DNA of 64,000 bases from positions 62,001-126,000 of IMG/VR virus record IMGVR_UViG_3300036770_006296. One strand, written 5' to 3'. Position 1 is the first letter of the stretch. Each line of letters starts with the position of its first letter. The notes under the pieces are model-generated. The model was not told the DNA's origin and ran no database searches. It was given only the letters and a program-made list of their open reading frames with translations. This document shows, piece by piece, positions 19,472 to 29,462 of the stretch. Position numbers and translations under genes: made by a program.

Positions 19472-20056
19472 TTAAAAATCTAATATTTTTAAATTTCCAG
19501 AACCGCTATAGCCAAATTGATCCCTATGCAAATCCATTCCTGGCTGAGATGTATTCCTCATCTTTCTCAGGTCTTCTATCCCTAAAGTGTCCAGATATTT
19601 TTTCCATTTGTCCGAGAACTTAGAAAAAATCTTTATATACCTTTCCAAACAAACTTTCCATCTTTTCCATATATTCTTTATTTCTATGGTTGAATTCTCA
19701 AGGAGATTCGAAATTATATCTAAATTACTTTGGCTTAAATCCTGTGATAGGATTTCTTCTAGATCTAATTTTGGACTCAAACTCCAAAGCCAATTGTCCA
19801 GTATATCATATTCCCTTCCAGCTTGTTTCGTGTCTAATTTCTCTATTGAGATCCAATCTTTTCCTTCGCCATAAACCACGGGAAAAATGGAAGAATCCAT
19901 TTTTAATAATTCTAAATACCACTTTTCGATTGTTTCGTATCTAGTTTTCTTGAAAACTCTATCAGTATGTAATGGATCATAGAAAACATCGTGCTCAGCC
20001 CCACTACCAAAAGAAGGGCTTTCAAAAAAATTTTCAAATATCACTATATGCTTCAT
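19472..20056 (-). CDS. protein-kinase-like fold protein with CTS
   Basis: FGSGAEHDVF...VFKK (Gly loop, Lys), DLHRDQFG (catalytic loop), LKILDF; MKHIVIFENF. Confidence 0.55.
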   Translation of the reverse strand: MKHIVIFENFFESPSFGSGAEHDVFYDPLHTDRVFKKTRYETIEKWYLELLKMDSSIFPVVYGEGKDWISIEKLDTKQAGREYDILDNWLWSLSPKLDLEEILSQDLSQSNLDIISNLLENSTIEIKNIWKRWKVCLERYIKIFSKFSDKWKKYLDTLGIEDLRKMRNTSQPGMDLHRDQFGYSGSGNLKILDF

Positions 20057-20076
20057 AATTTTATATTATGTACTCT

Positions 20077-20130
20077 CTAATTTAGATATCCTTTCTTGTC
20101 TAATATCTTTATAAAACTCTCTCTAGTCAT
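20077..20130 (-). pseudogene. truncated first member of the LRR-20 array
   Basis: MTRESFIKILDKKGYLN* matches the array N-cap; GATATATAGATGT directly upstream. Confidence 0.7.
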
Positions 20131-20149
20131 ACATCTATATATCGTTATT

Positions 20150-21100
20150 CACATCGCCTCGTTACCCCGAGGCAAGCACCTATAAACTTGCCCCGTTTTC
20201 GCCCCGTTCCTCACCAAATACTCCACTTCGCCCCGCAACCTCTAATTAAACTATCTTAAAGCGCGGAATAGAAAAATCCCCATTTAGTCCCCCGATTTTT
20301 CCACTAAAATGATCAGAAATTTCTACCCTAAAAATGGGGGGACTAAAACGATAAAAACCCCCAAACACGCCCCCGCTCTTATACATACTACTACTAGCTA
20401 TTACCACCTATTAACACCTACTACTAACTAGACATATACCTATACATATACAGTACAGCATACACATATACACTAGACACACTCCTACCCCTATAAATCA
20501 ACATACCTTAATTAAACTAATAAAAACAAAAAGAATCACTACATCTACTATAGTACATAGAGTACCCATATCTATATAGACACCTACCCCTACTGTATAC
20601 ACAACCCATACCCCTACTGTATATGAAAGGGGACGTATAGATGACCCCGCGCTCACACGTATACACGTACTTAATAGATAGAGACACAAGGGCATTTTTA
20701 TAGCGTCCCGTGCATCCAAAATACTCCATGATAACTACCCCTTTGACCTCCCGTGGAAAGGCCCGTAGAATATACCACAGAGTGAGCAAGGTTAAACCCA
20801 CTTTCTACGTGCGCCTCGGAAGGCCCCCAGGGGGACCCCACGCGGTCTCGAGCGGGCGATTATCTGGGATTTTCTGGGAATCTCCTGGAGATCTAGGATA
20901 CCTTCCCGGGGAACTCCCGAGGATTCCCTGGGATTCCCCTGGATATTCTTAGAAACTCTTGGAAACCCCTGGATGCGTGCGAGTGCGGGGGCGAATCCGG
21001 GTGATCCCGGGAGTCACGAAAAATATTTGGATAGGGGGATTTACTTTTTGATAAACTTTTTATATAATTGAAATATAAGAAAGGAGGGGAAAATTTAGGA
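20150..21100. other. non-coding divergence region, candidate origin or control locus
   Basis: No credible ORF; C-rich to G-rich switch; CCCCTACTGTATA x2; GGGG(A)CTAAAA units; CTGG(G)A array. Confidence 0.45.
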
Positions 21101-21160
21101 ATCGTTTTTTTCTTCCGAGGAGAACTGCTAAATTTGCAAAAAATAAAAACGTAAAAAGCG

Positions 21161-21532
21161 ATGATTATAAAAAGAAAAAAAGAAACTCCCCCGAACGATT
21201 CCCGTCTGTGGTCTAAAGGAGATCGTAAGACTTTGAAGGCTATGGTGAAGGAGGGTAAGACACTTAAGGATATCGCAGAGGAGCTTGGGCGAACCCCTGC
21301 TGCTGTGCAATATCAGAAGAGTGCGATGGGATTGGTTAAGAAGGACAAGAAGGTGAGGATGAAGACTAAGGAGGGTAAGAAGATTGAAGTTAATGTGTCT
21401 GCTGAGGTTCTCCCTGATAAGGAGATGACCCCTAGAGATAATGCCAAGGAGTTGGCGAGGGTTGCTCGTGGAATAGCCCGAGCAAATGGTAAAAGGATAA
21501 CGATGGCTATGTTCTTCGTTGAAGATTTGTAA
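21161..21532 (+). CDS. Myb/GcrA-like HTH DNA-binding protein
   Basis: WSKGDRKTLKAMVKEGKTLKDIAEELGRTPAAVQYQK. Confidence 0.7.
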   Translation: MIIKRKKETPPNDSRLWSKGDRKTLKAMVKEGKTLKDIAEELGRTPAAVQYQKSAMGLVKKDKKVRMKTKEGKKIEVNVSAEVLPDKEMTPRDNAKELARVARGIARANGKRITMAMFFVEDL

Positions 21533-21552
21533 ACAATTAAAATCAAATAAGT

Positions 21553-22197
21553 ATGGGAAAACAAATTCCAAAAAATGTAAAGGTGGCTGCTATGAAGGCA
21601 TATGTGGCCGATGGTAAAAACCTAAGGGATGCTGCGTCAGAGCACGGGGTTAATCCAGAGAGTCTACGTAAATGGTTAGGTAGCAAAGTGCGTAAGAGAG
21701 GTGCACATCTTAGAGGTAAGAGAATCACTATGTCTCCTGTGCCTACTCCAATTAATGCTCGTAAGCCTAGAACATCTAAGGCATCTCCGGAGAACAACCG
21801 TTCTAATAAGCGATGGAGCCGCACAGAGGATGAACTACTAAGAGACGCGGTTCTTAGCAAGATGACTGTTAAGGAGACTGTTGAATTGTTAGGAAGAACC
21901 TCCGTGGCTATCTACTGTCGTAAGAACTACCTAACCGATAATGGATTCATTAACGAGACGAGTAAGTTTGTTATGCCGACTGGCATCAAGAGAGTACGTA
22001 AGCAGATGGAGACTCCTTTCGATACTGCTGAGGTGGAAGCTATTGTGGATATCCCTGAGACTGAGCCATTACAAGAATCTAATGGAGCTTACCAGAACAT
22101 TGAGCTTTCCGATCTTGCTAAAGTTGTCCGAGACTATGGTGTTAACATCACCGTGTCTATGACACCACGAGGTATGGAAGTTAAAATGAGTAACTAG
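21553..22197 (+). CDS. two-HTH DNA-binding protein
   Basis: N-terminal LRDAASEHGVNPESLRKW HTH; second WSRTEDELL...VELLGRTSVAIYCRK. Confidence 0.7.
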   Translation: MGKQIPKNVKVAAMKAYVADGKNLRDAASEHGVNPESLRKWLGSKVRKRGAHLRGKRITMSPVPTPINARKPRTSKASPENNRSNKRWSRTEDELLRDAVLSKMTVKETVELLGRTSVAIYCRKNYLTDNGFINETSKFVMPTGIKRVRKQMETPFDTAEVEAIVDIPETEPLQESNGAYQNIELSDLAKVVRDYGVNITVSMTPRGMEVKMSN

Positions 22198-22306
22198 TCT
22201 CAAACCCCTCGAGATTAAAAAAGAAGGCCAGTCTTATGACTGGTCTTTTTTGTGGGAGGGCCCTTGATAGGACCCCTTGCGTGTGTGCGTGCGTATGTGG
22301 ATTTTT

Positions 22307-22759
22307 CTAATATTTATCCTCTTCCCCTAGGTGTAGGGTGATCTTCCAGAGTTTAGTGTCTTCTGAGTTGTTCATATAGATTTCTATTGAGGTGAGGGAT
22401 AGAGGAAATCTGTGTACTTCTGCGGTGAATGTGTCGTATTCAAAATCTGATTCTGTGAGTTCGATGGTGTCTTCTTCAGGATCTCCTGTGGCGGGATCGT
22501 CCATCTCAATAGTCATGGAGAGGGATTTTAGTTTTATTCCATTAGATCCTATGTCGATGCCCCAGTTTCTGTAATCCAGATCTATCGTCCATTCTGCGGT
22601 GCCGTCGATGACTCTTGCCATGTAGAGAGATTTGGGTTCGTCATAGAAGTCTATGGATGTGGGAGCGCCACTGCGGGAGTAGGTGGCTATTTTTGTGCGG
22701 TACACTAGGGTGTCCGATGCGGATTCCGAGATGTGTCCGAATGTTTTAATACGTTTCAT
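22307..22759 (-). CDS. acidic hypothetical protein with CTS
   Basis: MKRIKTFGHISES; GATAAATA at 22764-22771 on - strand. Confidence 0.8.
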   Translation of the reverse strand: MKRIKTFGHISESASDTLVYRTKIATYSRSGAPTSIDFYDEPKSLYMARVIDGTAEWTIDLDYRNWGIDIGSNGIKLKSLSMTIEMDDPATGDPEEDTIELTESDFEYDTFTAEVHRFPLSLTSIEIYMNNSEDTKLWKITLHLGEEDKY

Positions 22760-22817
22760 AAGATATTTATCCGTGAATTGTTTTTTTATTCCGAGAAGGA
22801 GCCGTATATTTGCAATG

Positions 22818-22900
22818 TAAAAACACTTCTTTGTTTTTCCATATTATTTAGGTTTATAATTGGTTATCATAAGACCGAGTCCACAAAGGCTCGGTTTTTT
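22818..22900 (+). ncRNA. candidate antisense-type small RNA
   Basis: TATATTTG at 22805-22812, ORF-less body complementary to leader+ATG, terminator 22873-22900. Confidence 0.5.
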
Positions 22901-22947
22901 GTTGTCCGTGAATTTGCGGACATCCCAGAATTTCTAAGAAAATCCCA

Positions 22948-23020
22948 GCGGCATCCCGAGCGGAACTCGAGCGGAATCCGAGCGGAAGGTCTGCGGCATC
23001 TCTGCGGAAGTCTCCGAGGA
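22948..23020. repeat. 11-bp-period GCGG(A/C)A array
   Basis: GCGG at 22948, 22960, 22971, 22982, 22993, 23004. Confidence 0.8.
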
Positions 23021-23144
23021 TTAATCCCCAGGGGAGCCACCGGGAAATATAATGCGAGGGAAATTTATCGGATCGGATTGGAATTTTTTGGAAATCATTT
23101 TTTTGATTGTAGAGAATTTTCTATCTTTGTAAGAAAAAGGGATT

Positions 23145-23675
23145 ATGAAAGACACTACCAAAGTTGCAGCATTAGCGGTCACAAGGAACATCGCAGACAA
23201 GCTTTACGAGGGTAACGACGTGAGCAAGCGTATGGGACGCATATTATCTATAACATCTGCCGTGCTGGAAAAGAGCGATGCTCGATTTGATAGAATGCGG
23301 GAAGAGTTACAGAGTGTATACGAGGAGATGTCCCGTGTACATAATAAATTGTATCAGGATTTGGGCGGGCAATTAGGTTCCGGTGAATTCTTCGGAGTGG
23401 ACATTGAGGATCTCGAAGGTAAGACGGATTTAAACTTTAAGCGGCTGGTTGAAGGAATCGATCCCGACGGATTTATGAGTCTTCAGCTTTCCCTTGGAGG
23501 ATTACGAGAGCTCATTGGTAAACTCTCGGCCGGTGTTCCCTTTAGAACCCCAGACTTGATTTTTGCCGAGAGACTACAGTTTGCTCATTGGTTGACGTTC
23601 ATGAGTGTGTACGAGAGTAAGCACCGAGATCGGGTTTTAAAAATAATCTCTAAGTACGATCCAAAAGCTTCTTAA
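23145..23675 (+). CDS. hypothetical protein
   Basis: EP upstream; stop abuts the next EP. Confidence 0.8.
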   Translation: MKDTTKVAALAVTRNIADKLYEGNDVSKRMGRILSITSAVLEKSDARFDRMREELQSVYEEMSRVHNKLYQDLGGQLGSGEFFGVDIEDLEGKTDLNFKRLVEGIDPDGFMSLQLSLGGLRELIGKLSAGVPFRTPDLIFAERLQFAHWLTFMSVYESKHRDRVLKIISKYDPKAS

Positions 23676-23726
23676 ATCATTTTTTTAATTAAATAGAATT
23701 TTCTACATTTGTAAAAACAATCAAAC

Positions 23727-24599
23727 ATGCCAAATCACATTTCTAACATTTTGACTATCGAAGGCGACTCCAAGAGGGTAGCACAGATTAAGAGCGATAT
23801 CATTTCCGTTGATGAGGAAGGGAATATCAGACACATTGATTTCAACAAGATCGTTCCGATGCCGGAGAGTTTGCATATCACGAGTGGCAGCAGTACGAGT
23901 AACGGGCTTGCTATCTTGAAATATCGTGCAGGTGATCCCACGGAGATTAATCAGATAATGGGATATCAATGGGCGACTGAGTTTGCGACCCCGGAGGATT
24001 TAATCAATCATATGCTCGAGAAGGGTACGGCTAATCTCGAAGAGGCTCAGAAGGCTTTGGATAACGAGAAGTTATACGGACACCTAGATTGGTATTCTTG
24101 GAGTATTGCTAATTGGGGTACTAAGTGGAACGCATATGACACCAACGAGAATGAAGACGACGGGATTTATTTCCAGACGGCTTGGAGTAATCCATATCCT
24201 GTCATGGAGGCTTTAAGCCGTAAGTATCCGGATGTTGTGTTTCATGTGAGATTTGCCGACGAGGATTTCGGTCACAATGTGGGCGAGTACAGTTTGGAAA
24301 ACGGAGAGGTTATCTCGGAGAACATTCCCGAGGGTGGTTCCGAGGAGGCTTATGATCTGGCCGCTGATATCACGGGATATGAAAGTTATCTCACTGACCG
24401 TGTGTATGATATCGAAGCAGAGACTATCGACGAGCTTGAGGATTACGAGAAGACTTATATCAAATCGGTTTACAACAAGGGTGTCATTGAAGACTTCCCG
24501 AGAGTTGTGATTGACTACATGTTGGAGTTAGCCGTTGCTGATGAGAACTTCGAGTTAGCTACTCAGCTAAGAGATATGATCGCTTGTAATGACGAGTAA
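23727..24599 (+). CDS. DUF1281/YubB ferredoxin-like domain protein
   Basis: MPNHISNILTI...IDFNKIVPMP...WYSWSIANWGTKWNAY...FQTAWSNP. Confidence 0.8.
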   Translation: MPNHISNILTIEGDSKRVAQIKSDIISVDEEGNIRHIDFNKIVPMPESLHITSGSSTSNGLAILKYRAGDPTEINQIMGYQWATEFATPEDLINHMLEKGTANLEEAQKALDNEKLYGHLDWYSWSIANWGTKWNAYDTNENEDDGIYFQTAWSNPYPVMEALSRKYPDVVFHVRFADEDFGHNVGEYSLENGEVISENIPEGGSEEAYDLAADITGYESYLTDRVYDIEAETIDELEDYEKTYIKSVYNKGVIEDFPRVVIDYMLELAVADENFELATQLRDMIACNDE

Positions 24600-24639
24600 T
24601 CATTTTTTTTAACAACAAACGTTTTCTATATTTAGGTGG

Positions 24640-25458
24640 ATGGACGATAAATCTAAGATAGTTAGAATGCGAGATATAAGCTTCGATCCCTCCTTATTCG
24701 AAACAATGAGGACGGGAAAGAAGATTGATAACTTGCTAAGCTCTGAAGGTGGATTTACAAGATCCACCAATTTTATTTTGGTGGGTGACCCAGGAATTGG
24801 TAAGAGTACGGTTTCGATGGATATCTTAGCGGATTTAAAGCGGAATGGTTATTCTGTTCTTTTTATCTCTGGTGAGATGGACCGCGTGGATTTATACCGC
24901 TATGTTAAACGATATCCTAAGTTTGCCGATCTCGACATTCTTTTCCTCGGTGAGTACATAGACGAAAATCCGATGAGAGTTATAGAGAGTACACTCGACC
25001 TAGGATACGATGTGGTGCTGATAGATTCATTCATCGAAGTTTGTGACACGGTCAAGGAAGGATGTAAGATCACTTCGAATGCTGCGGAAAAATGGCTGAT
25101 TGATTTAATGCGTAAGAACAATGCGGGTGGCAATTCTAAATCCGCTTACACCTCGTTCCTTTGTATTCAACAGGTTACTAAGGAAGGTGTGTTCGTCGGT
25201 TCGAATAAACTTAAACATAATACGACCGGTATGATGGAGCTTCGATTTACACCAGACGGATCCCGTTTTATTATGTTTACTAAGAACCGAAGAGGCGAGG
25301 TCAACAAGAAATTATACTTCGACCTTTCTTCCACTTCGGATGTAAACTATGAATACGAGACATTTAATATTTCCATAGAGAAAGCCGCAAAACACGTGAC
25401 GTCACGTAAGGATGACGAGGACGAAGAGAACACCACTAGTATATTTTTCGGGATGTAA
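24640..25458 (+). CDS. RadA/Sms-like RecA-family ATPase, ATPase domain only
   Basis: GDPGIGKST Walker A, LFISGEM, VVLIDS, QVTKEG..VGS..LKH, KNRRG. Confidence 0.8.
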   Translation: MDDKSKIVRMRDISFDPSLFETMRTGKKIDNLLSSEGGFTRSTNFILVGDPGIGKSTVSMDILADLKRNGYSVLFISGEMDRVDLYRYVKRYPKFADLDILFLGEYIDENPMRVIESTLDLGYDVVLIDSFIEVCDTVKEGCKITSNAAEKWLIDLMRKNNAGGNSKSAYTSFLCIQQVTKEGVFVGSNKLKHNTTGMMELRFTPDGSRFIMFTKNRRGEVNKKLYFDLSSTSDVNYEYETFNISIEKAAKHVTSRKDDEDEENTTSIFFGM

Positions 25459-25586
25459 TTCCTGCTTTTTTGCATCCCGAGGCCCAAGAGCGATCTTGGG
25501 TTTTTTTGTGGAATCATTTTTTATATTAGAAAATTCTATCTACATTTGAATTAGAAACAAACAACAAACAAACGACTATAATTGAT

Positions 25587-25841
25587 ATGGCAAAAAGAAA
25601 GATATCAAGAAAGAAGTTAGAGGAAAGGTTATCAAGGGGTGAGGTTAATTTCTCTTATGAGAAAATCGATGGTACTACACGTAAGGCTAGAGGTACCACT
25701 AATGTTGATTTGATACCTGAGGAGTGGAGACCTACTGGAGGTTCATTAGCGCATGATGGCACTGCGTATTTTGATTTGGATATCCAGGAGTGGCGTTCAA
25801 TTTCGTCGGTTGTTTCTAAGGTTAATCTTTTGGGACTATAA
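25587..25841 (+). CDS. DUF2693/WYL_2 SH3-like protein
   Basis: VNFSYEKIDGTTRKARGT...YFDLDIQEWRS. Confidence 0.75.
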   Translation: MAKRKISRKKLEERLSRGEVNFSYEKIDGTTRKARGTTNVDLIPEEWRPTGGSLAHDGTAYFDLDIQEWRSISSVVSKVNLLGL

Positions 25842-25851
25842 ATCAAATAAT

Positions 25852-26268
25852 ATGACTAATCGGAAAATTAAACTTAAGTTTTGGAAAATGGTCAGGTGGA
25901 TGGACAGAAAAATGATAAAGCCCACGCCTCTAACCGACACACAGCAAATGGGTGTTAAAATATTTGAAAGAACTGTGTCGATTAAGGATGCTGAAATCTT
26001 TTTCTCCCCCTTGAGCGACTCAATCTATATAGAGGTCGACGACATTTATATTATACTAGAGGGTAGCGATCTTCAAATCATCAACGGGAAATTCAGATAC
26101 GATTTACACTATCCAGATTCGGTTAGATCTAAGCTCGTAAGGAAAGTGCTTAACACGCTGGAGCAAAGAAGAATAGAAGTTGAAAGAAGAATAAAAGCTA
26201 AAAGCGATCGCACACTTAATTCCATAATGGAAGAAATCGAAGATATTCGAAAAGAAAAGGGACAATAG
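25852..26268 (+). CDS. hypothetical protein (start corrected)
   Basis: ATG after A-rich leader. Confidence 0.75.
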   Translation: MTNRKIKLKFWKMVRWMDRKMIKPTPLTDTQQMGVKIFERTVSIKDAEIFFSPLSDSIYIEVDDIYIILEGSDLQIINGKFRYDLHYPDSVRSKLVRKVLNTLEQRRIEVERRIKAKSDRTLNSIMEEIEDIRKEKGQ

Positions 26269-26459
26269 TTTGTTTTGTTTGTTCATAGAAAAGGACCGGG
26301 GTTTTTACTTCGGTCTTTTTTTGTGGTCTGCTGTGTGGTTGCACTGCACATCTCCTGAGGAACCCCCGGAAGGATGCTAAAAAGTTTTCTTGGAAAATCA
26401 TTTTTTTCTTTATATAGATTTTTCTACATTTATTAGGTAACCAAATAAAAAATTATGTC

Positions 26460-27269
26460 ATGAAATTATTTGATGAACGCCAGGTGAAGATGATGAAATA
26501 TCTTTCCTCTGGACTTCCACCACAGAGTAGATGGCGGTACAATCCGGTAACAGACCTTATAGATATAGAGGGGGATTTCAATTGTGGATGGACGGGTTTT
26601 AAAGATTTTAGAGGAGTTAAATTTGGAAAGATCACTGGACATTTCGATTGTTCCGGTATAGGACTCACCAGTTTAATAGGAGCTCCTGAAGAGGTCGGAA
26701 AAGATTTCAATTGTTCGAAAAACAATTTAACTAGTCTTGAAGGTGCACCTAAAAAGGTTGGTTATAGTTTCAATTGTTCAAAAAACTCTCTAGAAAGCCT
26801 AGAAGGAGGTCCTGAATATGTTAGGGGAAATTATGATTGTTCGAGTAATAAGCTCGTTACTCTTAAAGGATCCCCTAAAGCTTTACGCAGGGGGAGTAAA
26901 TTTATTTGCTCCAATAATCTTTTAAAAGATTTAAACGGGTTAATAGATAATGATTTTATGGGATTTTTTACATGTAAACGCAATCCCCTTACTAGTCTGG
27001 AAGGAGCACCAATCAACATAGAACCTTATTGGGATGGAAGTTATGAAGGAAAAATTTCATATTATGGAAATAAAGGTGTTTCGGGAAAGGTGCTCGAATT
27101 AATTCATCTCACGATGATTGAAAAGAAAGTGCCATTTATTATCGCTCTAGGTATTCTTAAGAACGAGATAAAATCGAGCGATCTTAAGAAGCTACTTCCT
27201 TCGGATCAGGAGAACGTAGAAGATGTACTAAAAGGAGCTAGCATGTTAGCTAAATTTGAATCTTTCTAA
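26460..27269 (+). CDS. LRR-21 family protein with KG-tag
   Basis: FNCSKNNLTSLEGAPKKVG repeats; ends KGASMLAKFESF. Confidence 0.88.
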   Translation: MKLFDERQVKMMKYLSSGLPPQSRWRYNPVTDLIDIEGDFNCGWTGFKDFRGVKFGKITGHFDCSGIGLTSLIGAPEEVGKDFNCSKNNLTSLEGAPKKVGYSFNCSKNSLESLEGGPEYVRGNYDCSSNKLVTLKGSPKALRRGSKFICSNNLLKDLNGLIDNDFMGFFTCKRNPLTSLEGAPINIEPYWDGSYEGKISYYGNKGVSGKVLELIHLTMIEKKVPFIIALGILKNEIKSSDLKKLLPSDQENVEDVLKGASMLAKFESF

Positions 27270-27331
27270 GAATCATTTTTTTATTTAGGTAGATTTTTCT
27301 ATATTTATGATAACCAATTAAACTTCCAGTT

Positions 27332-27559
27332 ATGGAAATGAACTTCATTAAAGTTATAGACGAGAGAACAAGAGACACAGTAGGATTTGCTGTTGTTGAG
27401 AAAGGCTCTCTGGAAGAGTCAATGATAGTTGACCGCTTCATAGACGAGGGAATGATTTTTGTAGCCTCGAATGAAGAGGAATTTAGTAATTTTGATGGAG
27501 ACTTCGTGAAGAGGTTTGGTAATGGAATGTTTTGTACTCACGCACCAATGGCAGATTAA
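27332..27559 (+). CDS. hypothetical protein
   Basis: EP and leader. Confidence 0.7.
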   Translation: MEMNFIKVIDERTRDTVGFAVVEKGSLEESMIVDRFIDEGMIFVASNEEEFSNFDGDFVKRFGNGMFCTHAPMAD

Positions 27560-27560
27560 T

Positions 27561-27833
27561 ATGACAAATAACGAAAGAATAGAGGCTTTAATAGTTGATT
27601 TAGTTGCTAAGAGTCCTTCGCAGGTTAATGTATGTGATTTGTTAATCGACTACATTAAGACTTTAACAAAAGACGAGATTATTGAATTCGTTGACAGAAC
27701 TACAACTGAAGTTTGGCCAGCTAGGTTTGACGAAGAAAGAAGCGGGTGTTTACACAAGGAGACATATGCTGCTGTTCGTCACGAGTCCGGGATGGCTTTG
27801 TACCGATGTAAAAAATGTAACGCCAAGGTATAA
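27561..27833 (+). CDS. hypothetical protein with C-terminal Zn ribbon (start corrected)
   Basis: CLH...CKKC. Confidence 0.65.
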   Translation: MTNNERIEALIVDLVAKSPSQVNVCDLLIDYIKTLTKDEIIEFVDRTTTEVWPARFDEERSGCLHKETYAAVRHESGMALYRCKKCNAKV

Positions 27834-27873
27834 ATCATTTTTTTCTTTAGATAGAATTTTCTACATTTACAAT

Positions 27874-28164
27874 ATGGAAACATCAGTAATTATAACACCT
27901 AACCCTTATGGCTTCGGAAGGAACTGGAGCTTACTTGTTAAGACGCCAGAACACACCAAGAGTTTTTATCTTGGACAGGACGTAAAGTTTTGTTCGAGAG
28001 TTCTTGGTATGGAGCCAAGAGATGTCGTTGAGGCTATAGGTACTGGAGAGATCTCGGAAGGTCAACCAGGAAATAAGAAGCTCGCCGAGTTTATTTGTGA
28101 GTGTTTAGAATTAAATGAAACCAACGTCATGGAGTTAGAGCCATGGAGTTTAAGCGCAGAATAA
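27874..28164 (+). CDS. hypothetical protein (start corrected)
   Basis: ATG just after EP. Confidence 0.75.
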   Translation: METSVIITPNPYGFGRNWSLLVKTPEHTKSFYLGQDVKFCSRVLGMEPRDVVEAIGTGEISEGQPGNKKLAEFICECLELNETNVMELEPWSLSAE

Positions 28165-28165
28165 T

Positions 28166-28489
28166 ATGGAAAGGATATACGTAGCAATCATTAAAGGACC
28201 TAAGGAATATTTACCAGGAGGCATTAAGTTCGAGAAGTTCGAAATCCATCAACATGAGATAGACGACTTTTTAGAGGATGGCGAAGAGGGAGAGACCGAG
28301 GAGGATGCTATCCAATACTATAAGGAAGAGTATGCTGCGGAGTGGGAGCAACGATGGTGCTCAGTTACTTTCCTGAGTGAGTCTGAGTTTAATTCCCTCT
28401 ATGGAGCGGTTCAGGAATTCTTTATCGACAATGGGGATGACGGAGAAGAGGAAGAGCAAGAAGAAGACGAATGGCAAGATTGGAAGTAA
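28166..28489 (+). CDS. highly acidic protein
   Basis: E/D-rich throughout. Confidence 0.8.
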   Translation: MERIYVAIIKGPKEYLPGGIKFEKFEIHQHEIDDFLEDGEEGETEEDAIQYYKEEYAAEWEQRWCSVTFLSESEFNSLYGAVQEFFIDNGDDGEEEEQEEDEWQDWK

Positions 28490-28499
28490 ATTAAAAAAT

Positions 28500-28724
28500 A
28501 TGAGACAGGTAGATATTAAAATTTCTGGTAGGAAGATCGAAGGCTATCCTACAGTTACAAGAACTATAAAGTTCAATAACGTCGAAGAATTTATATCAAA
28601 GGCGGATGAAGCTATAGACGAAACTGATTTTGGTAAGGTTGATTGCTATGTCGATAACTTTGATAATGTATTTAACGATGAGGAGATTAAGCTTCTAGAG
28701 GAGCAATGGTTTATTATTGAATAA
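28500..28724 (+). CDS. acidic hypothetical protein (start corrected)
   Basis: MRQVDIKISG...; stop abuts EP. Confidence 0.7.
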   Translation: MRQVDIKISGRKIEGYPTVTRTIKFNNVEEFISKADEAIDETDFGKVDCYVDNFDNVFNDEEIKLLEEQWFIIE

Positions 28725-28764
28725 ATCATTTTTTTAATTAATTAGAATTTTCTATATTTGAGAT

Positions 28765-29256
28765 ATGGCAACAAGGAGTAGAATAGGAATAGTAAACGAG
28801 GACGGAACAGTTTCCTCAATATATTGTCACTGGGACGGATACGTATCTCACCACGGTCCACTCTTACTTACGCATTATACAGACCGTGAAAAGGTTAAAG
28901 CCCTTATCGAATTGGGAAGTATTAGTGTCTTAGCTCAACACGTTGAGCCGCCTTCAGTCGTTGACGAGAATGATATCGATGGTAAGAAGGGTGAGAGGAT
29001 GCTTAAGAGATTTGGAGTCATAGGAAAACATTCTTTCTACGATCCACTACCAGGTGTTACTGTTGCTTATCATCGAGACAGAGGAGAGGAATACATCAAA
29101 CCGAGAATTAATAAGTCGCTAGAGGATTATTTTCTAGCAGACAATGAAGAATATGGCTACGTCTTTACCCTTGAGGGTGAATGGCTAGTCAAGTCGGGGT
29201 ACAACGAAAGTGCTCCAATTAGACCAATCGCTGAGGTTTTAGCAGAAGAAACTTAG
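28765..29256 (+). CDS. conserved phage protein (TRSxIG...YCHWDGY) with internal KG-tag
   Basis: ...DGKKGERMLKRFGVIG... Confidence 0.8.
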   Translation: MATRSRIGIVNEDGTVSSIYCHWDGYVSHHGPLLLTHYTDREKVKALIELGSISVLAQHVEPPSVVDENDIDGKKGERMLKRFGVIGKHSFYDPLPGVTVAYHRDRGEEYIKPRINKSLEDYFLADNEEYGYVFTLEGEWLVKSGYNESAPIRPIAEVLAEET

Positions 29257-29462
29257 TGTTTAATTGGTTTAACGCTGAGGGGATCGAGAAATCGGTCCCT
29301 TTTTTTGTGTGCTGGTTTTTTTGCAGCATATGCTAGATTCCCGGGGGCTCCTCAGGAATCTCCCACGGTTGCGTGGTAATTTTTTTTAGAAATTTCTGGA
29401 AATCATTTTTTATATTACATAGAAGTTTCTACATTAGCTATGTAAATCAAAAAACGCTACCA

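Noticed and set aside
20498-20952. ORFs 20498..20719, 20517..20801 and 20710..20952
   Set aside because: Low-complexity repeat DNA, atypical composition, no promoter or leader.
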